From: a virus
Virus record (IMG/VR): IMGVR_UViG_3300045421_000501
Span: 50,183 to 114,182 of that record
Strand: one strand, 5' to 3'
Length of the DNA: 64,000 nt
The position numbers and the translations under genes are program-made. The notes beneath the pieces are model-generated. The model made no database searches. It saw nothing but the letters and a program-made list of their open reading frames with translations, and was not told the origin of the DNA. Below, in pieces: positions 27,991-36,073 of the stretch. Each line of letters begins with the position of its first letter. Within the stretch, counting starts at the first letter, position 1.

Positions 27991-29603
27991 TGAAAATACA
28001 ACAACTGGTAAATATATCTCAAAAAATTAAGAATAATACTATTGTCACAAAAAAATTTTTTGAGCAGCAGTCTAGTATAGAAACAGACTTAGATCGAAAA
28101 AAAATAATTAGGCAAAAAAAATTATTAGAAGAGCGAGTTTGGACACTTAAAAAACTTTCGGAAAAATTTGAGGATGCCAAAAAAGAAGCAGAACAATCAA
28201 AATCTGGTTCAGTTAATACTTTATTGGGAGCATTGGGACTTGGTGGAGTTGCAAGAATACTCAAAGGATTTAAATCACCAAGTCCCAAATTTTCATCTAC
28301 AAACTTTACAAAAGTTTTAGGTAAAAATTCTTTATTAAAAAATTCATCAAAATTACTTAAGGGTATTCGCGGAAACGCAGTTCTTTCTACAGTTTTTGCT
28401 GCCTTTGATTTTCAGAATAGGAAATCTCAAGGACAGACTAATTTACAAGCAGGATTTGGTGCTGGTGCATCTGCTGTAGGAGGACTTGCAGGAATGCAAG
28501 CAGGTGGAACAATCGGAGCTGCAATTGGATCAATAATTCCTGGTCCTGGAACTCTAATTGGTGCAGGAATTGGTGCAGTATTAGGTTCATATTTTGGGTC
28601 CACTGCTGGTGGAACAATTTCTGATAAGATTACTGGTGTCGATAAAATTACTGATGGTGGAAGTTTAAGACAAAAACTTGAACAAAGAACTGAAATTGAA
28701 AAATCAAAAATTACAGAAAAAACTTTATTCGGAGATTCTTTAGATATTTTTGAAAGAATATTAGATAAACTTGTAAAAATAAAATCTTTAGACGTTTCTA
28801 GACCACAACCAGTATCAAAATCTGATTTTGTTGAACCAAAAGAACCAGATTTTACTCCTAGTTCTGAAAGTGCAAAAGCACCGGAAGAAGTTCTAAAGGA
28901 TGCTGCAGAATTTAGAAAGCAATTTCCTCTTGCACCAGGAACTCCACAATTTTCAATGCAACCATATGAACTTCAAATGAGAGAAAATACTTCTTTGGGT
29001 TATCTTGGAAATGATCCAACAGTAGATAAGGTTCATACGGAAGGATCTGCACATTATGACAATCGTGCAATTGATATTCCAGTTAATAGTAAAGAACTTG
29101 GAGATAAAGTATCAAGTTATTGGAGGTCTAAAGGATATAGAGTTATATGGAATACTGCGGGACATTATACTCACGTTCATGTGCAATGGGATCGAGGACA
29201 AAAAAAAGACAGAGATAAACCAAACGATTTTTCAATTCAAAAAATTGTAGAAAGAATACAAGATTTTAAATCTACTTTTAATAAGGGTAGTGGCAGAGAC
29301 TTACGAATTGAAGGTTTTGGAACTTATGTTTTAGGTACGGATTGGAAAAAAGATCCTGAAGACAAATTTTTTGATCCGACAGGAAAGCAAATGAATCCAA
29401 ATCAAGTAAAGGATAAACTTAAATTAATTTATGGAAAAGAATCTCAAAAAATTATTAATTTATTTTATCCAGTTCCATCACAACCTCAATCATCATCACC
29501 ACCAAAAATAAATGCCGAAGGCGGTAATGCAAGTATTCCTTCTTCCAATTCATTTGACATCGCTAAATATCATCAATGGATGACTGAAATAAATCTCACA
29601 TAA
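27990..29603 (+). CDS. Tape-measure-like virion protein with M15-like Zn peptidase domain
   Basis: Glycine-zipper helices; S.HY..RAIDI ... HYTHVHV; probable start ATG 27990. Confidence 0.6.
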   Translation: MKIQQLVNISQKIKNNTIVTKKFFEQQSSIETDLDRKKIIRQKKLLEERVWTLKKLSEKFEDAKKEAEQSKSGSVNTLLGALGLGGVARILKGFKSPSPKFSSTNFTKVLGKNSLLKNSSKLLKGIRGNAVLSTVFAAFDFQNRKSQGQTNLQAGFGAGASAVGGLAGMQAGGTIGAAIGSIIPGPGTLIGAGIGAVLGSYFGSTAGGTISDKITGVDKITDGGSLRQKLEQRTEIEKSKITEKTLFGDSLDIFERILDKLVKIKSLDVSRPQPVSKSDFVEPKEPDFTPSSESAKAPEEVLKDAAEFRKQFPLAPGTPQFSMQPYELQMRENTSLGYLGNDPTVDKVHTEGSAHYDNRAIDIPVNSKELGDKVSSYWRSKGYRVIWNTAGHYTHVHVQWDRGQKKDRDKPNDFSIQKIVERIQDFKSTFNKGSGRDLRIEGFGTYVLGTDWKKDPEDKFFDPTGKQMNPNQVKDKLKLIYGKESQKIINLFYPVPSQPQSSSPPKINAEGGNASIPSSNSFDIAKYHQWMTEINLT

Positions 29604-30877
29604 TGTCTAATTTTCTAAGAGGGCATAAGTTAGTAGAATGTATTATATCTTCTCCTGACGAGTCTCAGAGAAGAGATTTTCGTTTGGATGTTGGAGATAT
29701 TGATTATTATGAAAGTATTTTTGATTATTCAATTTCAATGAATATGATGGTGGGAAATGCAAAAGGATTGTTTAGCAATCTTCCGGTTCGAAGTGGATGT
29801 AGAGTAACAATTAAAATTACTCACCCAAGTGGAGATTTAGTTTTTAATACTGAAAATGATGGATTGTATTTGAGTACTATAAATGCAAATTTCTCAGAAC
29901 CCACAAGAGAATTATTCTCAATTAAATTGGAAGGAAGGGAAGTATTCACAAATCAATCAACAAGAATTTATAAAAAATATACAGGGAAAATAAGTGATAT
30001 TGTTCAAAATATTTTGAAAAATGATTTAAAAACAAATAAGATCAATCAAATTGATTTGACATCAAATGTTTATAGTTTTATGGGAAACTATAAAAAACCA
30101 TTTCAGACTTTAGTTTGGTTATGTCCAAAATCAATTCCAGTGATTGAAGAAAATTCAAAAGAAACTGGATCTGCAGGGTATTTTTTCTATGAAACTTTGA
30201 ATGGGTATAATTTTAGAAGTATTGATAGTCTTTTTAGTCAAATTAGAAATGGTGAATTAACTAAAAATCAAAATGTTTTTGTTTATACTTATACTCCAAC
30301 TTCAACTGCATTTGATTCTAGAAATAATTTTAGAATTGTTTCTACTCCAGTATGGGCAAATCAAAATGATATTCTTTCTCAAATGAGAAATGGTATGTAT
30401 CGATCCAAAAACATTTATTTTGATATTAATAGTAGAAGATATGAAACCGTTGATTATAATATCAAAGATAGTATTGGAAATCAAATTAAAACAGCAAATC
30501 CAAAAACATTTATTCCATTAAATTTGGTGGATGAATCTTCGAGATATATGTTTACGGCTCTGGATACAGGAACTCTTTCTCCTGATGGTGACCTTACTAC
30601 GCCACAAAATCAAGCTTTTTATCAAGCACAAAGTGTTGCACGATACTATACACTTTTTAGTCAGACACTTACAATAACAGTTCCACTAAATAATCAATTG
30701 AGAGCGGGAAATATAATTTATTGTCAATTTCCAAAAGTTAGCACCAGTGCTGGAGATTATGGAAAGGATCCAAATTCTGGATATTATTTAATTACTAGAC
30801 TTAGACATAATTATGGAACGGTTGGGGATTTTACAGGATTAGAACTTGTTAGAGACTCTTACGGAGAATATACATGA
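29603..30877 (+). CDS. Baseplate hub protein (gp27/protein D-like)
   Basis: YYESIF, FFYET..GY.F.SID.L, G.Y.I..L.H, RDS; position before gp5. Confidence 0.55.
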   Translation: MSNFLRGHKLVECIISSPDESQRRDFRLDVGDIDYYESIFDYSISMNMMVGNAKGLFSNLPVRSGCRVTIKITHPSGDLVFNTENDGLYLSTINANFSEPTRELFSIKLEGREVFTNQSTRIYKKYTGKISDIVQNILKNDLKTNKINQIDLTSNVYSFMGNYKKPFQTLVWLCPKSIPVIEENSKETGSAGYFFYETLNGYNFRSIDSLFSQIRNGELTKNQNVFVYTYTPTSTAFDSRNNFRIVSTPVWANQNDILSQMRNGMYRSKNIYFDINSRRYETVDYNIKDSIGNQIKTANPKTFIPLNLVDESSRYMFTALDTGTLSPDGDLTTPQNQAFYQAQSVARYYTLFSQTLTITVPLNNQLRAGNIIYCQFPKVSTSAGDYGKDPNSGYYLITRLRHNYGTVGDFTGLELVRDSYGEYT

Positions 30878-31086
30878 CACCAGTAGAAATGCATATTGAA
30901 AATATTTTAAATGAATTATATGAACCTGAAATTTCAATGCAACGTCGTCGGCATTTAGAAATCGAGATATATAATTTAAAAAATTATCAAAAAAATAATC
31001 CAAAGGAAACTAAAATTCCTTCTACCTTAGAATTATTTTGCGATTCAAATCCAAATGCTCCAGAATGTAAAATCTACGAAAATTAA
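30874..31086 (+). CDS. cp12: CP12 Calvin cycle inhibitor (phage type)
   Basis: C-terminal LELFCDSNPNAPECKIYE (C-x8-C) and Q.RRHLE.E. Confidence 0.8.
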   Translation: MTPVEMHIENILNELYEPEISMQRRRHLEIEIYNLKNYQKNNPKETKIPSTLELFCDSNPNAPECKIYEN

Positions 31087-33059
31087 TGTCACTAATTGAT
31101 TTTAATACAAATAGTAACTATTTTGGCAAAGATGGCCTCAAATTTTGGATTGGGCAAGTCACAACAGATAAAACTTGGATAGAATCTTCTGAATGTTTTG
31201 GATATCGAGCGAAGGTAAGAATACAGGGATGGCATCCTCCAACAGCAGAAGTTTCAGATTCAGATCTTCCTTGGGCACATGTTCCAGTTCCACTTGCATT
31301 TGGATCTGGAAATGGATTAGCAGGAATATCTTTAAATTTGCAGGGTGGTGAAACTTGTTTTGGATTCTTTTTAGATCCTCCACATTGTCAACAACCAGTA
31401 ATTTTAAGTTCACTTTTTACAAATTCTGGAACAGAAAAAGCTTACACTGAAAGTGGTCCAACACCAATTCAGGTGATACCATATTCCGAAGTAAATCAAA
31501 AAAATACCTCAGAATTTAAATTATTTGGATATGATCCAAAAATTGAATTACATGCTGGAAATTCTCCTCAGGGAGGAGTCAAACCAGCAAATTTTGGACT
31601 AACAAAAGGAAATTTAGATCCAAATGGAAATTCAAATAAACAACTTTATTATGATAATTATAAGTATGTGGTTAGTGTTGCAGAAAAATGTAAAAGTGGA
31701 AAGGGAATAACTGGAGAAATTACAAAAATTTTTCGTACTTTTATTAATGTTACGAATGGACTCAAACAAGTTAAATCTGGATATTTAGATCCTATTCTAA
31801 ATGAAATTGTAAAAATAGATCAATTGATTTTAGAAGCCGCAAATGCAATTGCAGGATTATTTGCTCAAATTCTTAGAACTGCAAGAAAATGGCTAATCAA
31901 AGAAATTTATAGTTTGGTTACAAATATTCCAGCAATAAACAATTTATTGAAAGATATTGCAGTTGGAAAGGCAGTGGATGCAATTTATTGTGTTATTGAA
32001 AAAATAATTAAAGGACTTGTAAATTTAGTTGCAAAATATCTGACATCTTTAATTGGAAAACTAACATCAATTCCGATTTGTGCTGCAGAACAATTTGTTG
32101 GAGGAATACTTAGTGATCTTTCGGATACAATTCAAACTCAACTTGGTCCTGCACTAAATGAAATTCAAAAACTTGTAGGACCAATAAACACATTCTTTTC
32201 TTATGTTCAAAGGGCATTAAATTATGCTCAACAAGCAGTTAATTTTCTATCATGTGAAGGTAATGATTGCCAAGAAAAAGGTTATGATTGGTCAGTAAAT
32301 TTTGGTCCGGTTCCAAAAAATGCTCAAGATTTTCAAAGAGTCATTAATGTTTCGAGTTCGATTAGTAATTTGCAAGGAGATGCTTCTAGAAATATTGATA
32401 ATTGGTTCGGGAATCCGAATTCTCCGGGAATTTCTGAGTTGGATGGGTGCAATCCATTCACTATAAATTGTGGAGCGCCAAGCATAACTATTTTTGGTGG
32501 TGGTGGATCCGGAGCAATTGCAAATGCAGTGATTAATGATCTTGGGCAGATTGTAGGAGTTAATATGAGTTCACTAGGATTTGGATATACAAGTGAACCT
32601 TTTGTTTCTTTTATTGATGAATGCGATAATGGCAAGGGTGCTACAGGAACTGCAATTATTAATAATGGTGAAGTCGTGAATATTGTAATTACCAATCCTG
32701 GAAATGGATATTTGCAACCACAGACGGGAACTTCCGATGATACTGGTGTAGATGTTGCAGGTAAACTTGATGGAATTCAAATCATTAATACTGGATATGC
32801 ATATTCTTCTAATGATATAATTACTTCAGAATGTGGAACAATTCAACCAGAATTAGATGATGAAGGAAGAATTATTGGAGGAACTGTTTTATCTGCAGAA
32901 TTAGGATGCACAAGTATTCCAGATTTGACGATAAATACAGTGACTGGATATGGAGCAATTATTCGTCCAATTATAAAATATACCAAGAGAAGTGAAATAT
33001 CTACATTTGTTCCACAAAATAAATTGATTCGTATTGTTGATTGTATTTCTAGTTACTAA
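31086..33059 (+). CDS. Baseplate hub/spike gp5 (N-terminal OB-fold part)
   Basis: FWIGQV...R.KVRI.G.H...LPWA...G....GFFLD...QQPVI; G.GY beta repeats; no T4-lysozyme motif seen. Confidence 0.8.
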   Translation: MSLIDFNTNSNYFGKDGLKFWIGQVTTDKTWIESSECFGYRAKVRIQGWHPPTAEVSDSDLPWAHVPVPLAFGSGNGLAGISLNLQGGETCFGFFLDPPHCQQPVILSSLFTNSGTEKAYTESGPTPIQVIPYSEVNQKNTSEFKLFGYDPKIELHAGNSPQGGVKPANFGLTKGNLDPNGNSNKQLYYDNYKYVVSVAEKCKSGKGITGEITKIFRTFINVTNGLKQVKSGYLDPILNEIVKIDQLILEAANAIAGLFAQILRTARKWLIKEIYSLVTNIPAINNLLKDIAVGKAVDAIYCVIEKIIKGLVNLVAKYLTSLIGKLTSIPICAAEQFVGGILSDLSDTIQTQLGPALNEIQKLVGPINTFFSYVQRALNYAQQAVNFLSCEGNDCQEKGYDWSVNFGPVPKNAQDFQRVINVSSSISNLQGDASRNIDNWFGNPNSPGISELDGCNPFTINCGAPSITIFGGGGSGAIANAVINDLGQIVGVNMSSLGFGYTSEPFVSFIDECDNGKGATGTAIINNGEVVNIVITNPGNGYLQPQTGTSDDTGVDVAGKLDGIQIINTGYAYSSNDIITSECGTIQPELDDEGRIIGGTVLSAELGCTSIPDLTINTVTGYGAIIRPIIKYTKRSEISTFVPQNKLIRIVDCISSY

Positions 33060-33592
33060 TGAATAAAAAAGCCCTTATTATTTCTCATCCTTCGGGTGGT
33101 TTTATTGCCCTTGGAAAAGAAGAGGACAATAAAGATATTGTTCGAAATAGATCTTCTCAAATAACTGGTAAAACTGGTGCAAGTCTAAGAATATTTGATG
33201 ATGGAGCCTGGGAATTAAGATCAACTCAAAATAAAAAAGGATCATCTTTAATTCAAAGCGGAAAAGGTCCACTTACGATTTATTCTGAAGGTGATATTAA
33301 TTTAGAATCAAAAGGAACTTTTTCCGTAAAGGCAAAAGATATTGTAATGCAGGCAACAAATGATATAATTGCAAATGTTGGACATGACTATAGAGTGGAT
33401 GCGAGCAATAATGTAAAAATATTAGGAACTTTGGTTGGTGTTTTTTCTGATAGTAAATTAGTATTAGCATCTCAAGGATGGACATTTATTCGAGGACAAC
33501 CAATTCGTCTTATCGAACCAAAATCAAAACTTCTTCCAACTTCATTGAAAGAGTTTGCAGATAATATCATTAACAATTTTCTTCTAAACTAA
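33059..33592 (+). CDS. gp5 C-terminal beta-helix-like protein
   Basis: Short alternating beta repeats (I.SEGDI.LES.G...VKAK.I). Confidence 0.5.
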   Translation: MNKKALIISHPSGGFIALGKEEDNKDIVRNRSSQITGKTGASLRIFDDGAWELRSTQNKKGSSLIQSGKGPLTIYSEGDINLESKGTFSVKAKDIVMQATNDIIANVGHDYRVDASNNVKILGTLVGVFSDSKLVLASQGWTFIRGQPIRLIEPKSKLLPTSLKEFADNIINNFLLN

Positions 33593-33593
33593 A

Positions 33594-34436
33594 ATGGCAA
33601 GCGCATCAGAATTTTCAGCACAAAAAATTTATATTGGACCAGAAATTCCAGCAAGAGTGGATGCTTCTGAACTTACTTTGGATGAAAAAGCAATTCCTTT
33701 TTCTGGAACTTTAGCCTGTGTGGGACCAGCATTTTTTGGAATGCCGACAAATCTTGGATTTGCACGAGGTGTAGTTAATGTTGGACCATCGTTGCCACCA
33801 TTTAGTGCTACAATTCCTGGATTATCTTTAGATGTGACTGGAGCAACTCATCATAATGGATTAGTAAATAATTTTGGATTGAGTAATCATATAGGATCTA
33901 CTAATCATATAGGTGCAGCATTTAGTCTTGGTGCTATAATGGATATAGGAGTATCGACAAGAGTTGGAGCTTCTGCAGCTGTTGGTGGAGAAATAAACGC
34001 ACAACCAAATCAAAACGATTCGGCTGTTTATATGACATCAGCAGCACCATTTTATCAACATTTTGGAAATATGAACGTGGCTGGAGCATTTTCTGCATCT
34101 ACAAAAGCATTTGAAATTGATCATCCTACAAAACCGGGAATGAAATTACGTTATGGATCACTTGAAGGTCCAGAAAATGGAGTATATACTCGTGGAACTG
34201 TGACTGTGGATGGAATTATTGAACTTCCCGATTATTGGTCAAAATTAGTTGATCCTGCAAGTCTGACTGTCCAATTAACTTCAATTGGAGTATATCAAGA
34301 ATTGTATGTGGATCATATTGAATGGGGGCAAAAAATTGTGATTAGAAACTCAAGTGGTGGCAAAATTAATGCTTACTATTTTGTTCAAGGTGAACGAATT
34401 GATGTGGATAAACTTGTTGTCGAATTTCAGGCTTGA
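33594..34436 (+). CDS. Virion structural protein with C-terminal chaperone-like domain
   Basis: K.F.IDHP.K....LRY..LEGPE.GVY.RG...LP.YW..LV...TVQLT. Confidence 0.6.
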   Translation: MASASEFSAQKIYIGPEIPARVDASELTLDEKAIPFSGTLACVGPAFFGMPTNLGFARGVVNVGPSLPPFSATIPGLSLDVTGATHHNGLVNNFGLSNHIGSTNHIGAAFSLGAIMDIGVSTRVGASAAVGGEINAQPNQNDSAVYMTSAAPFYQHFGNMNVAGAFSASTKAFEIDHPTKPGMKLRYGSLEGPENGVYTRGTVTVDGIIELPDYWSKLVDPASLTVQLTSIGVYQELYVDHIEWGQKIVIRNSSGGKINAYYFVQGERIDVDKLVVEFQA

Positions 34437-34461
34437 CACCGTTGCTTAAGTGTGCTAGAAT
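34433..34461 (+). promoter_or_regulatory. sigma70-type promoter for the small-ORF/tRNA unit
   Basis: TTGACA-17-TAGAAT. Confidence 0.7.
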
Positions 34462-34482
34462 ACCAAAGTAATTCAAAATCTC

Positions 34483-34674
34483 ATGTCAAATCTAAATCTT
34501 CAAAACGAATATGTAGACAATCTTAAAGTACATATTGAGAAAAAGTGTTTTTACTTATATGGTTCGGATGGATCTTATGAAACCATAAGTTGTGATACTT
34601 CGGAGCAATTTATTGGTATACTAGAATTTGCTAAATCTAGTATACCAAGTCGAATTACATATGGCACAAATTAG
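34483..34674 (+). CDS. Hypothetical protein
   Basis: ORF directly after the promoter. Confidence 0.6.
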   Translation: MSNLNLQNEYVDNLKVHIEKKCFYLYGSDGSYETISCDTSEQFIGILEFAKSSIPSRITYGTN

Positions 34675-34819
34675 ATGTCCATATTGTGGGCATATTCTTG
34701 GAAATAGAATTGAATTTGGATCTCACCTTAAAAGATGTAAAGAAAATAATAAATTCAAATTTGATTCTCCAAAAAATAATTCAAAAAGAAGACCCTGGCA
34801 AAGAAATAATCCAAGGTAA
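34661..34819 (+). CDS. Small C2HC zinc-finger protein
   Basis: CPYC-x12-H-x3-C, basic tail. Confidence 0.5.
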   Translation: MAQIRCPYCGHILGNRIEFGSHLKRCKENNKFKFDSPKNNSKRRPWQRNNPR

Positions 34820-34821
34820 AT

Positions 34822-34909
34822 GCGAGTGAGACTTGGTAGTCAGAGGAGTTTTATAAACTCTTTCCGCCAGATTAGCGGCTTTGAAGTGGTTCGAATCCAC
34901 TCACTCGCA
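34822..34909 (+). tRNA. tRNA with UAU anticodon (Ile), atypical, long variable arm
   Basis: Acceptor GCGAGTG/CACTCGC-A; anticodon arm GGAGT-TTTATAA-ACTCT; T arm AGTGG-TTCGAAT-CCACT; no encoded CCA. Confidence 0.75.
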
Positions 34910-34932
34910 TTCGTTATTTGCGAATAACGAAT

Positions 34933-35005
34933 GCTCGTTTAGCAATCTGGTGAATGCAATCGACTCATAATCGATCCGAGGTGAGTTCAATTCTCACAAC
35001 GAGCA
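34933..35005 (+). tRNA. tRNA with CAU anticodon (elongator Met or Ile2)
   Basis: GCTCGTT/AACGAGC-A; ATCGA-CTCATAA-TCGAT; GTGAG-TTCAATT-CTCAC. Confidence 0.9.
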
Positions 35006-35007
35006 TT

Positions 35008-35080
35008 GCCCGTGTAGTCCAATGGCAGAGACAGAGGACTTAAAATCCTTCCAGTATCGGTTCGAATCCGATCACGGGTA
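35008..35080 (+). tRNA. tRNA-Leu(UAA) with short variable loop
   Basis: GCCCGTG/CACGGGT-A; GAGGA-CTTAAAA-TCCTT; ATCGG-TTCGAAT-CCGAT. Confidence 0.9.
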
Positions 35081-35115
35081 TTTACTAAATAAAATTGAAA
35101 AAAATTTTTATAAAA

Positions 35116-35304
35116 ATGGCATATAGAGTTAAATTGGAAATCGACGGACAAACTTCTTATTTGAAATCAATTACAAATCAAATTTTTCTGGATGATCCAA
35201 AATTTGCAAAAAAATTTAAAAATTCGGAACTTGCAGAAATTGCAATCGAAAAATCTAAGTGGCAGTATCAAAGATATTGTATTGTAGAAGAGGTTGAAGT
35301 TTGA
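35116..35304 (+). CDS. Hypothetical protein
   Basis: ATG 35116 after a CTAAATA late-like box. Confidence 0.5.
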   Translation: MAYRVKLEIDGQTSYLKSITNQIFLDDPKFAKKFKNSELAEIAIEKSKWQYQRYCIVEEVEV

Positions 35305-35313
35305 TCAAATAGT

Positions 35314-36033
35314 TTATTCAAAAAAATACTGCTGATTATTTGAATTTTCAAAAACAGAAATAATTTCTGATTTTTTACTAATTTGAGCATCAAGTTGCAT
35401 CTTTGCAGTCTGATATGAATATCTTTGCAATTCCCAAGAAGATCTTGCCTCTTTGAGAAGATTAACTTGAGTTATTAAAGAATTTCTTTGTGTCTGTAGC
35501 GGTGTAATTTGATTTTCAAGAGTACTAATTGATGCTGCATATCCGGTGCAAATGATATCTGTATCAAACGTATAATATGTTCCAATTGCAACTGTAGATG
35601 AAATTTGATTATATGTTCCAATACCAATTGTATTGGATGTAAGAAGTTGTGTTGTTTTTGAAAATGGATTTGGAGAAGTAAATTGCCAAGAATGTAAAGT
35701 TATATCGTCTCTTGTGATGGTAGTAATTCCTGTAATTATTCCTGGGCATCCAAATAAATTTGCGGATACCCCAAGACCAATAATTTGAGATTGTAATTTT
35801 TGAATGTTTGTATTTAATTCTAAAATTTTATGATCAAGTCCGTTGATGGAAGGATTGAATTTTAAGATCTGTTCATTTACACCTTCAAGAATATATTGTG
35901 GATCTGAATTTGAATCTGTTTGAATTATAAGTCCGGAAATTGTTTGATCTAATTGCTTTTTTTGCTCCAAATCTTGAGCAATAGATCTTTTATATGATGC
36001 AATCAAGTACTGAGTTTTTGAACCAAGTGGCAT
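35314..36033 (-). CDS. Coiled-coil virion-associated hypothetical protein
   Basis: Probable start ATG 36033 downstream of a minus-strand TATAAATA; two heptad regions flank a GIGT-containing insert. Confidence 0.65.
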   Translation of the reverse strand: MPLGSKTQYLIASYKRSIAQDLEQKKQLDQTISGLIIQTDSNSDPQYILEGVNEQILKFNPSINGLDHKILELNTNIQKLQSQIIGLGVSANLFGCPGIITGITTITRDDITLHSWQFTSPNPFSKTTQLLTSNTIGIGTYNQISSTVAIGTYYTFDTDIICTGYAASISTLENQITPLQTQRNSLITQVNLLKEARSSWELQRYSYQTAKMQLDAQISKKSEIISVFENSNNQQYFFE

Positions 36034-36035
36034 AG

Positions 36036-36069
36036 TATAAATATAGTGAAGAAGGTGTCTGTATTTATA
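36036..36069. promoter_or_regulatory. Face-to-face pair of late promoters
   Basis: TATAAATA on + at 36036-36043 and on - at 36069-36062. Confidence 0.7.
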
Positions 36070-36073
36070 GTCA

